64,000 nucleotides of DNA from Octopus vulgaris (Eukaryota): contig OX597814.1 in NCBI GenBank assembly GCA_951406725.2, forward strand, positions 167,090,001-167,154,000. The letters are read 5' to 3'. Below the pieces are notes generated by a model. That model was not told where the DNA came from. It saw only the letters and a list, made by a program, of their open reading frames with translations, and did no database searches. Both the position numbers and the translations under genes were made by a program. Below are positions 62,906 through 64,000 of the stretch, piece after piece. The first letter of the stretch is position 1. Each line of letters starts with the position of its first letter.

Positions 62906-64000
62906 TATCTTCTCTGGGACAGAATATAAAAAGTTGTAAACAACAAAATCTGAATAGTTTCATGTAAAGGATAATCTGATTATGGACAATAAAGACACAA
63001 TAATGAGTTACTCTTCCCCAAGGCTGTCAACACTTCTGTACCCTACAAAACCAATGATGTTGAAGTTCATAATCATTTTAACATTCACTTTTCCATGTTT
63101 GCATCAGTCAGATTTCTATGACTGGATGCCCTTCCTGGTGCCAACTCTTGCATATTTCTAAACAAGATAATATTTCCTCACTGCTAGACATGTTTTCACA
63201 GAATATTGGAAATAAATGGCACTGCTTGTATGACAGTGACATTCATTTACAACTATAATGCAATGTCAAGAAAAGGAGATACAAACATACATACACAAAA
63301 ATACACACACGTAATAAAAGTTCCATTCAGTTTCTTTCCACCAAATCCACTCACATGACTTTGGTCAGCCTGGGGCTCAGGTTTATACTAGAAGAGTCTT
63401 GTGCAGGGTGCCATGCAGTAGGACTGAACCCAAAACCATATAGCTGAGAAACAAACTTCTTGACCACACAGCCATATATTATGTAATCAATTTTACATCA
63501 TTATCATCATCGTTTAATGTCCGTTTTCCATGCTGGGTTGGACGGTTTGACTGGGGTCTGGGAAGCCAGGAGGCTGCACCAGGCTCCAGTCTGATCTGGC
63601 AGTGTTTCTACAGCTGGATGCCCTTCCTAACGCCACATATAATCAAATTTTCATGTATTGTATGAGAAATGTTAATAACAAATGTTTTTCTTCTTAATAT
63701 CCTGATAACCTAAAGACCAAAAATTGCCATTTGACCCAAAGTCACTTCTGGTTGGGTAGGGTACAATTATAATCAAAGCATTGCTGCTGTGACCATCACA
63801 TCATTTTTCTTTACGCAATACATCATTCACTGTGCCCTTCCTTTTTTTAAAGATGGTAGAGTAAATCTGAGTAAGATTTAGCTGCTCTTTGTGGCAGATT
63901 GAGTAACCATAGAGAAGCTTTTCTTCTTGATTCATTAAAGATGCATAGTCTGTGGCATTGTTATGACTAAGATAGGGGCAATTCTGATTATAAAAATATT

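Overview
This is AT-rich, microsatellite- and transposon-dense animal genomic DNA. The tRNA-derived SINE families and RTE tails resemble those of Octopus (coleoid cephalopod); the organism is my inference. The main gene is a complete minus-strand CDK10 (PISSLRE-family kinase), which I reconstructed by hand as 16 coding exons from 59660 to 21192. All introns are GT-AG with consistent phases, giving 1137 nt and 378 aa; the ORF track misses it because the exons are short. A second minus-strand gene probably starts at a CpG-rich promoter near 7.9-8.3 kb, has a candidate ATG exon (MGDPKQ) at 1617-1721 and runs off the left edge. Nearly all other listed ORFs are repeat artefacts or transposon remnants (RTE, CR1, Penelope GIY-YIG, mariner, maT, MITEs). 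The most notable unannotated signal is a set of self-cleaving-ribozyme-like motifs carried by different repeats: a perfect 68-bp palindrome made of two opposed hammerheads, a Penelope-associated hammerhead, a hammerhead inside a 77-bp inverted-repeat element, an inverted pair of tRNA-headed SINEs carrying a hammerhead, several decayed relics, and a CPEB3/HDV-like fold at the 5' end of an RTE-like insert. CDK10 also encodes DFGLTR (ACT) where CDKs have DFGLAR, one A-to-I edit away from consensus. All folds were judged by eye and none was computed.
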